Shown: positions 17,085 through 29,567, counted from the first letter of the stretch. The stretch is 64,000 nt of DNA from an uncultured Bacteroidales bacterium (GCA_959024545.1 CAUFFJ010000004.1:12584-76583); one strand, 5' to 3'. Program-made: numbers and translations. Notes: generated by a model from the letters alone, not told the origin.

Positions 17085-18773
17085 TTACGGCTGGTAGAGG
17101 AAACGCTTGATCGAGCGTTTGGGCGTCTTCTCAAACTCCTCTTCAAGTATCTTTATTTTAGATACCTTGCTATAGGCAGGCATCTCTTTATTGAGCGCGG
17201 CCAGGTTATCGGCCATTACCCCTTTGAGAGCCTCCCGGTCAAGGCCCTGCGAGCGTGATGCATCGAAATCAGGATGCACCAATGCTACAAGGCGTCCGTT
17301 GTCGTCTATCACCAGCGATTCATTCACGTAGGGCAGATTATTGAGCACCTGCTCTATCTCCTCCGGATAGATATTCTGTCCCGAGGAACCGAGTATCATT
17401 GTCTTGGTGCGTCCGCTGATAAAGATGAATCCCTCCGCATCGATGGTGCACAGGTCGCCCGTATTCATCCATCCCGAGTCCGGGTCGGGTATCACCTCGG
17501 CCGTGGCTTTCGGGTTCTTGTAATAGCCGAGCATCACATTCTCTCCCCTTACCCATAAGTCGCCGGGAATATGCTCCGGGTCGGGCGAGCTGATGCGCCC
17601 CTCCATACGGTCGACAATCCTGCCGCATGAGCGCAGCTTATTCTCGGATGGCGGCGCGTAAGCCACTAAGGGGCCGCACTCGGTCATGCCATAACCCACC
17701 GTATAAGGGAATCCGATGCGCTTCAGGAAGGCTTCCACCTCGGCATTGAGGGCTGCGCCACCGATTATAAGCTCCTGCAGGTGGCCGCCGAAAGCTTCAA
17801 CTAATCCAGCTTTTACCCTGGCCAGCAGCCTGGTGTCAAGATAAGGCACTTTCAGCAGGATTCGCATCAGTGGCTTCTCAAGCATGGGGAAGACCTTTGA
17901 CCGGATTATCTTCTCCAGTATCAGAGGCACCGTGATGATAAGCTTGGGTTTTACCTGCGCGAATGCATTGAGAATGATCTTGGGCGATGGGAGCTTCGTC
18001 AGGAAATTGCAGTGGCATCCGCGGCAGAACGGATGCAGCATATCTATCGTAAGTCCGTAGAGATGGGCTAACGGAAGCATATTTACTATGCCGTCGCCGG
18101 GCTTCAGGAAGCTCAGGTTGTCAAGACAGAAGCGCACATTGCTCCATAGCGAGCCATAGCTTAGCATTACCCCCTTGGAGCTGCCCGTAGAGCCTGATGT
18201 GTAACTTATCAGGGCAAGCTGACAAGGCTCCTCGCGCGGATATGATATGTCGCAGGCATTGAATTCGTAAGGGAAACGTTCGCCAAAGAGCTTGTTGATG
18301 TTGTTGCGGGCGTCGGTCAGCTGCTGCGAGCGCGACAGAGGCATACCGAACTCCGAGATAAAGATGGCACCCACAAGCCCCGGAAGCAGCTTCTCGTCGA
18401 GGTTCTCCCAGATGCCTGCGTCCACAAACAGCAGTTTCGAGTCCGAGTGATTTACCAGATGGTGTATCATGTCGGGCTTGAACTCATGCAGAATAGGCAC
18501 GGCCACTACTTTTGCCGTCAGGCAGGCAAGCAGAGTAACGGCCCATTTGGAAGAGTTCTTTCCGCAGATGGCAACCTTGTCGCCTTCCTTAAGGCCGGCA
18601 GCCTCAAAGAGGATATGCAATTTCTCGATATATGTAGCCACCTCCTTGAACGAGAGGTTGACGCCTCCCATGTCCGACAGGGCCGGAAGCTCACAGTGAG
18701 TGCGTATACTCTGCTCGATGAGACCTATCAGCGACGGCAATGCCTCGCCTGTAGAATTATAGTCTGTATGCAT
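17085..18773 (-). CDS. AMP-dependent synthetase/ligase (acyl-CoA synthetase family)
   Basis: 562 aa; AMP-binding motif YTSGSTGSSKGV. The stop lies 2 nt from the neuD start. Confidence 0.7.
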   Translation of the reverse strand: MHTDYNSTGEALPSLIGLIEQSIRTHCELPALSDMGGVNLSFKEVATYIEKLHILFEAAGLKEGDKVAICGKNSSKWAVTLLACLTAKVVAVPILHEFKPDMIHHLVNHSDSKLLFVDAGIWENLDEKLLPGLVGAIFISEFGMPLSRSQQLTDARNNINKLFGERFPYEFNACDISYPREEPCQLALISYTSGSTGSSKGVMLSYGSLWSNVRFCLDNLSFLKPGDGIVNMLPLAHLYGLTIDMLHPFCRGCHCNFLTKLPSPKIILNAFAQVKPKLIITVPLILEKIIRSKVFPMLEKPLMRILLKVPYLDTRLLARVKAGLVEAFGGHLQELIIGGAALNAEVEAFLKRIGFPYTVGYGMTECGPLVAYAPPSENKLRSCGRIVDRMEGRISSPDPEHIPGDLWVRGENVMLGYYKNPKATAEVIPDPDSGWMNTGDLCTIDAEGFIFISGRTKTMILGSSGQNIYPEEIEQVLNNLPYVNESLVIDDNGRLVALVHPDFDASRSQGLDREALKGVMADNLAALNKEMPAYSKVSKIKILEEEFEKTPKRSIKRFLYQP

Positions 18774-18797
18774 ACCCGTTTAACGCCTGCCGGGAGG

Positions 18798-19817
18798 TTA
18801 TTGTTTTGTGGCGGCTGTCAGCTTCCGGAGCCGTGCGGCGACCTGTTCGGCCGATTCGCCGCGTGAGATGATTATCCCGTCCGGCCCTATCAGCATCAGA
18901 TGAGGTATTCCGGTGAAGCCATATATATCGTAGGGTATACGTTGGGCGCCATACATCACTGGCCAGGTGATGCCATGCTTGGACACAGCATTCTTCGTAT
19001 CCTCTGTCTTATCGCGCACAGCCACGCCCACTATCTCCACACCCTTTGGACCAAGCTCCTGAAGCAATGCCTTGAGCTCCGGAAGTTCCTTGATACAATA
19101 GGGGCACCACGAGGCCCAGAAATCGACCACAGTATATTTGCCGGGTTTGATGAAGCTGCTCAGACTCTGAGTCCGTCCGTCAGGGCCAGGAGCCTGGAAA
19201 TCGACATACTTATTGCCGGGCGATGTCTTGCGTCGTAATTCGGCACTGCGTATGAACCGCGCCGCCTTCTTGCTGTCTGCAATAGATCGGGGCACTACCT
19301 TAAGCAGTGAATCCACCCGTGAGGGCTCAGCAAATTTTATCACCTCCACTGCAAAGTAAGGTGCCAGGGCATTATCTTTATTAAGGGTATACTGACGGTC
19401 GGCATAATCTATATACGCTCCCATGTCATCCAGATCGCCTATAGAGTCGAGGGTGCTCAGCAGGGAGGCGAAGCGGTCGTTGAGCGGGGTTCCGGTGGCC
19501 GCCCTCAGGGTATCGGCAAGCACCATAGCCCCTGGTTCGATTACTGCGAAAGCCTTCACACGTCCGTCGATGGAGAGCTCCACCAGCGTAGGAGTGTCAG
19601 AGAGCAGTTCACTGTTGTCAAACAGCACATGGCCGTCCTTTATTATCCCTGTCTGGAGTATCGCTGAGTCGGCAAACGAAATCATCTCTACCGTCTTGCC
19701 CTCATATTTGTCAGGGAAACGGGCATCAAGGCTGCTCCCCTGTTGCTGGCACGAAGCCAGCATCATGCAGCAGCACAGAAGCGGAGCCGCCGCGTGAAAT
19801 ATCTTATTCATAATCAT
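18798..19817 (-). CDS. TlpA-family thiol:disulfide oxidoreductase lipoprotein (thioredoxin fold)
   Basis: 339 aa. Lipobox LASC, WASWCPYC active site, N-terminal DUF4369-like region. Confidence 0.7.
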   Translation of the reverse strand: MIMNKIFHAAAPLLCCCMMLASCQQQGSSLDARFPDKYEGKTVEMISFADSAILQTGIIKDGHVLFDNSELLSDTPTLVELSIDGRVKAFAVIEPGAMVLADTLRAATGTPLNDRFASLLSTLDSIGDLDDMGAYIDYADRQYTLNKDNALAPYFAVEVIKFAEPSRVDSLLKVVPRSIADSKKAARFIRSAELRRKTSPGNKYVDFQAPGPDGRTQSLSSFIKPGKYTVVDFWASWCPYCIKELPELKALLQELGPKGVEIVGVAVRDKTEDTKNAVSKHGITWPVMYGAQRIPYDIYGFTGIPHLMLIGPDGIIISRGESAEQVAARLRKLTAATKQ

Positions 19818-19830
19818 TGCATATTTTATG

Positions 19831-20172
19831 TCAGAATGCCAAAGCCCGGCATATCATGTCGTAATTCTTGCGGCGTGTGGCATCCATTATCAGAAACCAG
19901 TCGATTATCGCCCATACGCCGCATCCTCCTGCAGTGAGGAGCTTGCCGATACCCTGTCCGATATCGCCTATATAGAAACGGTCTATGCCGAGCTCTCCGA
20001 GGAAGAGGGAGATAATCAGCGCTGTAGTCGGGTTCTTGAAGTCAAGAGCCTGAAGCATCATGTTCTTATTCTCGGGAGCACGGAGCAGCATTTCGTAGAT
20101 TTGAGGTATCATGGCCGGGGGAAACATTCCGGTGTGCGAGGCCATGAAGATGTCAGCCTGTTGTTGTGTCAT
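19831..20172 (-). CDS. TM2 domain membrane protein
   Basis: 113 aa; ...ALIISLFLGELGIDRFYIGDIGQGIGKLLT... Confidence 0.55.
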   Translation of the reverse strand: MTQQQADIFMASHTGMFPPAMIPQIYEMLLRAPENKNMMLQALDFKNPTTALIISLFLGELGIDRFYIGDIGQGIGKLLTAGGCGVWAIIDWFLIMDATRRKNYDMICRALAF

Positions 20173-20231
20173 GATGTAAAGGTGTTAATGATTCGTATTA
20201 CGTAAATACCTATATGACAAAGTATTACATT

Positions 20232-21185
20232 CTAATTCACCCGGTTTTGAGGGTGTCCTTCGATGAATGCCCTCACGTTTGCGGTGGCTATCTCCATCAG
20301 TCGGCGACGCGCTTCGGCAGTAGCCCAGGCGATATGCGGAGTTATGAAGCAGCGCGGTGCCGAGAGCAGTGGATTGTCAGTCTCCGGCGGCTCAGAACAC
20401 ATCACGTCTATGCCGGCCGCATAGATGGTGCCTTTGTGCAGGGCCTCGGCAAGGTCGGCCTCATTTACTACCGGCCCACGCGATGTATTTAGCAGAATGG
20501 CAGTCGGCTTCATCGTCTTCAGCCGGGAGGCATTCACCAGATTATGGGTATCAGGTGTGAGGGGACAGTGCAGGCTCACCACATCGCTTGTAGAGAAGAG
20601 TTCGTCGAGACCCATCTTTAGATATCCCTCGGGCAAAGCCTCCTGAGGCCTGGAGGTGCTTACAGCTATCTTCATTCCCAAAGCGGCAGCAACAGCCGCT
20701 GTGGCGCTTCCGGTGTGTCCGAAGCCTACCACACCCATCTGCTTTCCGGCCAGTTCATGAAGCGGCGTATCTGTATAGCAGAAGTCGGGCGAAGAGCTCC
20801 ATTTCCCCTGCCGGTTTTCATCCGTGTAATGTTCCACCCGTTCGGTGATAGCCAGCAGATGGGCCATAGCCATCTGAGCTACAGACTGAGTCGAATACGA
20901 AGGAATATTGGTTACTACAATCCCTCGCTCGGCTGCCGCCCTGGTGTCCACCACATTATAGCCTGTCGCCAGCACACCTATATACCTAAGGCGTGGCAGC
21001 GCGGCTATAGTGTCCGCATCGAGCACCGTCTTATTTGTGATAACTATTTCAGAGTCCATAGCCCGGTTTAAGCTAAGCGAGGCCGGCGTGCGGTCATAGA
21101 CCGTGAGGTGGCCCAGAGCAGCTATACCATCCCACGAAAGGTCGCCCGGGTTGAGAGTATATCCGTCGAGTACTGTAATATTCAC
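20232..21185 (-). CDS. D-isomer-specific 2-hydroxyacid dehydrogenase (glycerate DH-like)
   Basis: 317 aa; NAD-binding GVVGFGHTGSA; catalytic R/E/H context. Confidence 0.75.
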   Translation of the reverse strand: MNITVLDGYTLNPGDLSWDGIAALGHLTVYDRTPASLSLNRAMDSEIVITNKTVLDADTIAALPRLRYIGVLATGYNVVDTRAAAERGIVVTNIPSYSTQSVAQMAMAHLLAITERVEHYTDENRQGKWSSSPDFCYTDTPLHELAGKQMGVVGFGHTGSATAAVAAALGMKIAVSTSRPQEALPEGYLKMGLDELFSTSDVVSLHCPLTPDTHNLVNASRLKTMKPTAILLNTSRGPVVNEADLAEALHKGTIYAAGIDVMCSEPPETDNPLLSAPRCFITPHIAWATAEARRRLMEIATANVRAFIEGHPQNRVN

Positions 21186-21224
21186 TTTCTTATAATATTT
21201 TGGGGTAAGGATACAGAGCGGTCA

Positions 21225-22187
21225 TCACACCGTATCTGACTCTTGCCTGTCGATAAAGCTTCTGAGATTGGCCGCGGCCAGAGCGATGGCCCGCGCCCGT
21301 GCCTGCCGGGTGGCCCAGGCCACATGAGGTGTTACCAGACAGTTGCGGGCCTGAAGCAGCGGACAGTCTCCGGATGGCGGCTCAGTGGAGAGCACGTCAA
21401 CCGCCGCGCCTCGTATGCGGCCACAGGCAAGGGCTTCGGCAAGAGCCTGCTCATCGACAACCGCTCCGCGAGCCGTATTGACCAGTATTGCATCAGGCTT
21501 CATCAGGGCAATCAGCTCCCTGCTTATCAGCCCTTTCGTGGCCGGCGACAGCGGACAATGTATGCTTACCACGTCGCTGTCTGACATCAGACTGCGCAGA
21601 TCCGCTTTCTCGATGCCGGGCGGCAACTGATCCGCTCGTTTTGACGTGAACGCTGCCACACGCATCCCGAAAGCCTGAGCAATCGCCGCCACACGTGAAC
21701 CGATAGCCCCCAGACCAACTATACCGATGCGGCCTCCGGAAAGCTCCCGGGGAGCGAAGCCGGTATAGTCGAATCCATCCTGCCCGCTCCACATTCCGCT
21801 GTGAGAAAGTGAATTGAAGTAAGCCGGCCCTGAAGTGAGCTCAAGAATGAGAGCCCAGGTCATCTGTGCTACCGAATCAGTGGAGTAGGCCGGGATGTTG
21901 CTTACCGTTATCCCACGCCTGCGGCATTCCTCTTTATCGATAAAGTCCGTACCGGTGGAGAATGTGCCGATATATTTCAGACGGGGCATCATGTCGAGCT
22001 CGACTGCTCCGATGCGGAGACGATTCACTATCAGCGCATCCGCATCCCAGCAGATGTCGGCCAGTTCGCCGGCCGAGGCATTATCGTAAGCCGAGAAGCG
22101 TCCAAGACTCTCCAGAGGCCCCCACGAGAGGTCTCCCGGATTGACGCCGTATGCGTCAGCAGCCACTATCTTAATGCCGTCAGCCAT
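21225..22187 (-). CDS. D-isomer-specific 2-hydroxyacid dehydrogenase, tandem paralog
   Basis: 320 aa; GIVGLGAIGSRVA; same fold as the preceding gene. Confidence 0.75.
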   Translation of the reverse strand: MADGIKIVAADAYGVNPGDLSWGPLESLGRFSAYDNASAGELADICWDADALIVNRLRIGAVELDMMPRLKYIGTFSTGTDFIDKEECRRRGITVSNIPAYSTDSVAQMTWALILELTSGPAYFNSLSHSGMWSGQDGFDYTGFAPRELSGGRIGIVGLGAIGSRVAAIAQAFGMRVAAFTSKRADQLPPGIEKADLRSLMSDSDVVSIHCPLSPATKGLISRELIALMKPDAILVNTARGAVVDEQALAEALACGRIRGAAVDVLSTEPPSGDCPLLQARNCLVTPHVAWATRQARARAIALAAANLRSFIDRQESDTV

Positions 22188-22239
22188 CCTTCAACTCACC
22201 TTTAATTGTCTATCCTTTTAGCCTATATCCGATTGCCTG

Positions 22240-24420
22240 TCAGTTGCCCATTTCAGAGAGAAATTTAACCCGGACAAGGCGTATCTCCTCCTCCGTATAA
22301 TCCTCACCTAATTCCTGTATGGCCTCCTCCACATTATCCTCTTCGCATGAGCGGAAATAATCTATGATGTCTTCCTGCTGCTCATCGTCCAGGATATCGT
22401 TGAGGAAATAATCTATATTAATCTTAGTCCCTAATTCCACTATACCCTCGAGCTCATCGAGCAGCTCAAGAAAGTCGAGTCCCTTCGACTCTGCGAGCTC
22501 ATCAAGAGGCACCTTACGGTCGATGCCCTGTATGAGTGCAATCTTTATATTGCTACGGCTCGGCACCGTGCGGACACGTAGATCCACCGGCCGCTGGATG
22601 TCGTTTTCCTCAACATGCTTTCGGATAAGGTCGACAAATTCCTGACCATATCGTTTAGCCTTGCCTGTGCCGACACCCGGTATGTTCTTCAGCTCATCGA
22701 TGCTTATGGGGTAGGTGGTCGCCATAGCCTCAAGCGAAGGATCCTGGAATATCACGTAAGGGGGCAGACTTTGATGTCGTGCGATTTTCTTGCGCAAATC
22801 CTTTAGGATTGCGAATAGCTCGGGGTCGGCCGCGCAGGCTCCCCCCTCTTTGATTTGCGGTTCTGCGTCGTTTTCTGAAAATTCAGCTTCTTCCACTATC
22901 ATAAACTTAGTAGGGTTGTGTAAGAAATTGGTTCCTTGAGGCGTGATTTTCACCACGCCGTAGTTTTCTAATTCACGTTTCAGGTATCCGGCTATTATTG
23001 CCTGGCGTATGACCGTCGCGATGAAGCGCTCATCAGTTTTGGGCAACGACCCGAAAGCCTCAAGCTTATCATGGCGACGCGAACGTATGTCATCCGTCGG
23101 ACGCCCGGACACCACATCCACTATATATTCTTCTTTAAATTTCTGGCCCACGGCTATCACTGCCTCAAGCACGGCAAGCAACTCGTCGGTGGCGTCAACG
23201 CGCCGCTTCGGATGCAGGCAGTTGTCGCAGTTTCCACAGTTGTCCTGATGGTATTCCTCCCCGAAATAGTGCAGCAGAATCTTGCGGCGGCATACCGACG
23301 AACGGGCATAATTGGCTGTCTCTATGAGCAACTGGCGGCCAATCTCCTGCTCGACAGGCGATTTCCCCTGCATCAGCTTCTCAAGCTTCTGTAGATCTTT
23401 CTGGCTGAAGAATGCTATGCATCGGCCTTCTCCACCGTCTCGCCCGGCCCGGCCCGTCTCCTGATAATAACCTTCAAGGCTTTTGGGAATGTCGTAATGT
23501 ATCACATACCTGACGTCGGGCTTGTCGATACCCATTCCGAAAGCGATTGTGGCAACTATCACGTCTACTTTCTCCATCAGAAAAGCATCCTGGTTGGCCG
23601 AACGTGTGGCAGAATCCAGGCCTGCATGGTAGGGGAGTGCCTTGATGTCGTTAATGCGAAGCACCTCGGTCAGCTCCTCGACACGTTTTCGCGAGAGACA
23701 ATAGATGATGCCGCTCTTGCCAGCATTCTCCTTAATATAATGCACCACGTCACGGTCGACATTGCGGGTCTTGGGCCGCACTTCATAATATAGGTTGGTA
23801 CGGTTGAACGAGAGCTTGAATACATCGGCATCGAGCATACCAAGGTTCTTCTGGATGTCGTGCTGCACCTTTTGCGTGGCCGTGGCCGTGAGGGCTATCA
23901 CAGGGCGCTGACCTATGCGGTCGATGATGGGACGAATACGGCGGTATTCCGGCCGGAAGTCATGGCCCCACTCCGAGATGCAATGTGCCTCATCAACTGC
24001 ATAAAAAGAGATTCTGACACTTTGCAGGAAAGCGATATTCTCCTCCTTGGTGAGCGATTCAGGCGCTACATACAGCAGCTTGGTGCGACCCGACAAGATG
24101 TCGTGTTTCACCTGATCAATCTGGCTCTTATTAAGTGAGGAGTTCAGAAAGTGAGCCACACCGTCGTCCTCGCCATAGTTGCGCATAGCATCGACCTGGT
24201 TCTTCATCAATGCTATCAGAGGCGATATGACGATTGCTGTGCCGTCGAGCATCAGAGCCGGCAGCTGATAGCAGAGCGATTTGCCGCCGCCGGTAGGCAT
24301 AAGGACGAACACATCCCTGCCATCGAGCAGCGAACAAATTATCTGCTCCTGGTTTCCTTTGAACTTCTCAAAACCGAAGTTCTGCTTAAGGGCCCTGTAT
24401 ATTGCATTGATGTCAGCCAT
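22240..24420 (-). CDS. recQ: ATP-dependent DNA helicase RecQ
   Basis: ORF to 24546; the likely start is MADINAIYRALKQNFGFEKFKGNQEQII at 24420. Helicase motifs (LMPTGGGKSLCYQ), Zn-binding region and HRDC region are present. Confidence 0.85.
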   Translation of the reverse strand: MADINAIYRALKQNFGFEKFKGNQEQIICSLLDGRDVFVLMPTGGGKSLCYQLPALMLDGTAIVISPLIALMKNQVDAMRNYGEDDGVAHFLNSSLNKSQIDQVKHDILSGRTKLLYVAPESLTKEENIAFLQSVRISFYAVDEAHCISEWGHDFRPEYRRIRPIIDRIGQRPVIALTATATQKVQHDIQKNLGMLDADVFKLSFNRTNLYYEVRPKTRNVDRDVVHYIKENAGKSGIIYCLSRKRVEELTEVLRINDIKALPYHAGLDSATRSANQDAFLMEKVDVIVATIAFGMGIDKPDVRYVIHYDIPKSLEGYYQETGRAGRDGGEGRCIAFFSQKDLQKLEKLMQGKSPVEQEIGRQLLIETANYARSSVCRRKILLHYFGEEYHQDNCGNCDNCLHPKRRVDATDELLAVLEAVIAVGQKFKEEYIVDVVSGRPTDDIRSRRHDKLEAFGSLPKTDERFIATVIRQAIIAGYLKRELENYGVVKITPQGTNFLHNPTKFMIVEEAEFSENDAEPQIKEGGACAADPELFAILKDLRKKIARHQSLPPYVIFQDPSLEAMATTYPISIDELKNIPGVGTGKAKRYGQEFVDLIRKHVEENDIQRPVDLRVRTVPSRSNIKIALIQGIDRKVPLDELAESKGLDFLELLDELEGIVELGTKINIDYFLNDILDDEQQEDIIDYFRSCEEDNVEEAIQELGEDYTEEEIRLVRVKFLSEMGN

Positions 24421-24667
24421 ATATGAAAATAGTTGAGTTGAGAGTGCCGCCTGTGTGACAGCCTTGAGTGCAGGCACAGACGCGGGCTGTCTGAAAGCGA
24501 TGGCTTTCAGCAATACAAAGATATAAAAAATATTTGGAACGGCCAAAAATAGGGCACCCCCTTCAGGCTTTTTGCCTATGGTCTGCGTCGTAGCTGCATG
24601 AGAAACGTAAGGATAAAAGAAGACCGCAATCAGCTAATGTAATAACTGACTGCGGTCTAAAAAAGAG

Positions 24668-24751
24668 TGTCCGGGATGAGACTCGAACTCACACGGCCAA
24701 ACGGCCACTACCCCCTCAAAGTAGCGCGTCTACCAATTCCGCCACCTGGAC
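24668..24751 (-). tRNA. tRNA-Leu (anticodon GAG)
   Basis: GTCCAGGTGGCGGAATTGGTAGACGCGCTACTTTGAGGGGGTAGTGGCCGTTTGGCCGTGTGAGTTCGAGTCTCATCCCGGACA; long variable arm; anticodon loop TTGAGGG. Confidence 0.8.
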
Positions 24752-24774
24752 ATTCTAACCGCTTGAAAAGGGCT

Positions 24775-24850
<76 letters not shown>

Positions 24851-24907
24851 GAATGAGGATTTCAGTAATCCACTGCCAGTATTTCATTGTTCTCTCTTGG
24901 AGCGAAA

Positions 24908-24973
<66 letters not shown>

Positions 24974-25153
24974 GTCAAAGTCTGCGCTCTTGCAAACTGC
25001 TCCGCGGGGCTGTTCCCGTTTTGCGAGTACAAAATTACTGCCTTTTTCCGGACTGACCAAATTTTTTAGCCAAAAAATCAATTAAAAATGCAATAATTTT
25101 ACTAACCAATTTATTTACAGTCAGTTGCAAGAATGCTCTTTCTGAGGCCTCTT

Positions 25154-26524
25154 TCAGCAGCTTTCTTCTGTCTGTGGCTGTTCATCTTTTGGCAGTGTAA
25201 GGTAGAGCATCAGCCAACCGAGTATGCCGGCAGTCAGAGAGCCTATCAGGATGCCGAGTTTCGATTCGTTGAGCACGATGCTCATGTAGGGATCTCCTGT
25301 GCCGAAAGAGAGGTTGGCTATAAAGAGAGATACAGTGAAGCCGATTCCGCCCAGCATCGATATCGATGCCATGCGTTTCCAGTTGCCGCCTTTGGGCATG
25401 GGAGCCAGACCGCATTTGATAGCTAAGAATGCAAAGAGGAATATGCCGATGAATTTACCGGCGACCAGGCCGCACATAGTGGCCAGACTCACTCCGGAGA
25501 AAGCCATGCCGATACTCATATCGCCCAGATATATGCCTGCATTGGCAAAAGCGAAAAGAGGGACAATCAGATAGTTGACTACAGGATGCAGGGAATCCTC
25601 CATATCCTGTAACGGAGAAATCACCTTGTCGGAGGCCGATTCTATTTCTTTCAGATGGTCGAGCTGATCATCTGTAAGTATGGTGCGCGAGTCGAGCGTA
25701 TCGTCCGCATCCTCGGCAAAGTAGCCGATATTCGTGCGTATAGTCTGGATATATTTCTTGGGCGCATATACGGGCTTGGCCGGTATGGTAAAGGCAATCA
25801 GTACTCCGGCGATAGTCGGGTGTATGCCGGCATTGAGGAAGAGAAACCATACTACCGCTCCGAGCAACAGATAGAAGAGTTTACTCTGTATCTTCAGCCA
25901 TGCGCCGCCGAGAGCGAGCACTCCCAGTATGCCGGCAGCCGCTATAAGCATCCAGTAGTCGATATGCGACGAATAAAAGATGGCTATTACCAGGATGCCG
26001 CCTATGTCATCGACTACGGCAAGAGTTGTCAGGAAAACTTTCAGACCGATCGGCACCCGGTTGCCCAGCATCGCAAGCACTCCCAGTGAGAAGGCTATGT
26101 CTGTGGCCATGGGAATAGCGCATCCGTTGGCATAATCCGTGCCTTTGGCCAGAAGATAGAAAATCGCCACAGGCACTATCATGCCTCCGCAAGCCCCGAT
26201 GATGGGCAGAAGGGCCTTGCGTACGGAATGCAGTTCACCTACCAGCACTTCGCGTTTTATCTCCAGCCCGACGGAAAAGAAGAAGATGGCCATCAGCGCA
26301 TCGTTGATGAAAGCCATCACGCTCATTGGCTCGCCATGATGGCTGAAGAGGTTGAAACTGCCTATCTGCAACGCCATCTCATGCGTCCACAATGAATTGT
26401 AGAAATCAGTGGAGAATGGCAGGTTTACTACAAGCAGAGCCAATACGGTGGCAAGCATCAGCATATTGCCTCCGTTGGCATACCGTGTGAAAATCTTCTT
26501 GAATGTGAAGAACATGTTTGCCAT
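25154..26524 (-). CDS. nhaA: Na+/H+ antiporter NhaA
   Basis: 456 aa; ...AFINDALMAIFFFSVGLEIKREV... ...FLTTLAVVDDIG... are NhaA signatures. Confidence 0.8.
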   Translation of the reverse strand: MANMFFTFKKIFTRYANGGNMLMLATVLALLVVNLPFSTDFYNSLWTHEMALQIGSFNLFSHHGEPMSVMAFINDALMAIFFFSVGLEIKREVLVGELHSVRKALLPIIGACGGMIVPVAIFYLLAKGTDYANGCAIPMATDIAFSLGVLAMLGNRVPIGLKVFLTTLAVVDDIGGILVIAIFYSSHIDYWMLIAAAGILGVLALGGAWLKIQSKLFYLLLGAVVWFLFLNAGIHPTIAGVLIAFTIPAKPVYAPKKYIQTIRTNIGYFAEDADDTLDSRTILTDDQLDHLKEIESASDKVISPLQDMEDSLHPVVNYLIVPLFAFANAGIYLGDMSIGMAFSGVSLATMCGLVAGKFIGIFLFAFLAIKCGLAPMPKGGNWKRMASISMLGGIGFTVSLFIANLSFGTGDPYMSIVLNESKLGILIGSLTAGILGWLMLYLTLPKDEQPQTEESC

Positions 26525-26573
26525 AGTGGAAAAGTTGGATTAAGGGAATTTTTATATAAACAGCATCTTAGGA

Positions 26574-28361
<1,788 letters not shown>

Positions 28362-28461
28362 TTACAGCTTTTGTTGATTATAGCCGGTTTTCCGGGAATC
28401 AGAGTGCAAATTTACAAAAAAATTCTCAGCATTTAAAATTGCGGGAAACACTTGGCGGCGG

Positions 28462-29244
28462 TTACTTCTGACAAAGCCAGATGAAGCCGTCGCGGGCATC
28501 GGGTGACGAGACGGGCTGGAAATCGGGATGGTCGGTAATCCGGAGCAGACCGGCGGCATCGCTTATGCCGCGCGTCACAATCTCTTTCACCAGTTTGCCC
28601 CGCATTTCCTTAAGCTTGCCGGCCGTAGGAGTACGTAGGACACCTCCGGGCCCATATTCCTTGAAAAGAGGCGTAATCAGCCGGCCATAGTGCTTTATCA
28701 GTTTGCGGTCGAGGCATTTCATGGCTTCTCCGGGCAGCAGGTTGAGTATCGCGGCTTCTGGTGTAGGGGAAAGCAGAGATGCCAGATCTACAGTGCATTT
28801 GGGTCGCCAGAAAGTCTGAAGGGGAATGTTGCCCGGTGCAGCTTTTGCGGAATAGTCAAGCCGGTAAGGCTTTATTATGTCTGACGGACGGAGCAGTCCA
28901 TATAGCGAGGATACTATTCTCAGATGTTTATCGGCGAAGCTTCGCATACCCTCATTCCATCTACTGAGGCCCAGATGGCGGAATACTACACCGGTATATG
29001 CTTCAATAGCCGGGCAGCCGCAAAGCTTATCGGGAAAATCATAGATCATGCGCCGGCATTGCCGCGCGAGTGCTGCCGAGCATCCGAGCATATCCATTAT
29101 TTGCTGTTCGGTATACTGACGCAGATTCCACATTATTTCCTCTGCCTGAAGTTCGCCTCCGGGCGTATGCGCGGCATATTGCGTGTCGTTAACCGGTCGC
29201 TGGTCGGCCGACATGGTTTTCGATTCAGCTATAAGTATGATCAT
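28462..29244 (-). CDS. yaaA: Peroxide stress protein YaaA (UPF0246)
   Basis: ORF to 29310; the likely start is MIILIAESKTM... YaaA-like throughout. Confidence 0.65.
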   Translation of the reverse strand: MIILIAESKTMSADQRPVNDTQYAAHTPGGELQAEEIMWNLRQYTEQQIMDMLGCSAALARQCRRMIYDFPDKLCGCPAIEAYTGVVFRHLGLSRWNEGMRSFADKHLRIVSSLYGLLRPSDIIKPYRLDYSAKAAPGNIPLQTFWRPKCTVDLASLLSPTPEAAILNLLPGEAMKCLDRKLIKHYGRLITPLFKEYGPGGVLRTPTAGKLKEMRGKLVKEIVTRGISDAAGLLRITDHPDFQPVSSPDARDGFIWLCQK

Positions 29245-29513
29245 TGGCTGATGCTGATGTTTTTTGAGGGGTGTAAGAAAAATGGAGCCGGGCCGCAGCC
29301 GGAGCTCCATTTTGTCGCTAAGCTTGTTTTATTATTTTAAGAAGCAATTACGCCTGGCGACAATTGCCTTTGTATATACGACAAATCCGGCATCCCGAAA
29401 GTTTAATCATTGATTCATTTTTTTTATGGGAAATTTGCGCCGGAATGACTGGCTGCGTTGTTAAGATTTTATGAAATGTCGCCTGAGCGTGTATGCATGA
29501 AGTGAATTATGTG

Positions 29514-29521
29514 TAATTTTG
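29514..29521 (+). promoter_or_regulatory. -7 box TAATTTTG upstream of the response regulator
   Basis: 47 nt upstream of ATG 29568. Confidence 0.4.
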
Positions 29522-29567
29522 CCGAATAATTTATCAAATCGGTTTGCGATAATTTCAATACTTACTT

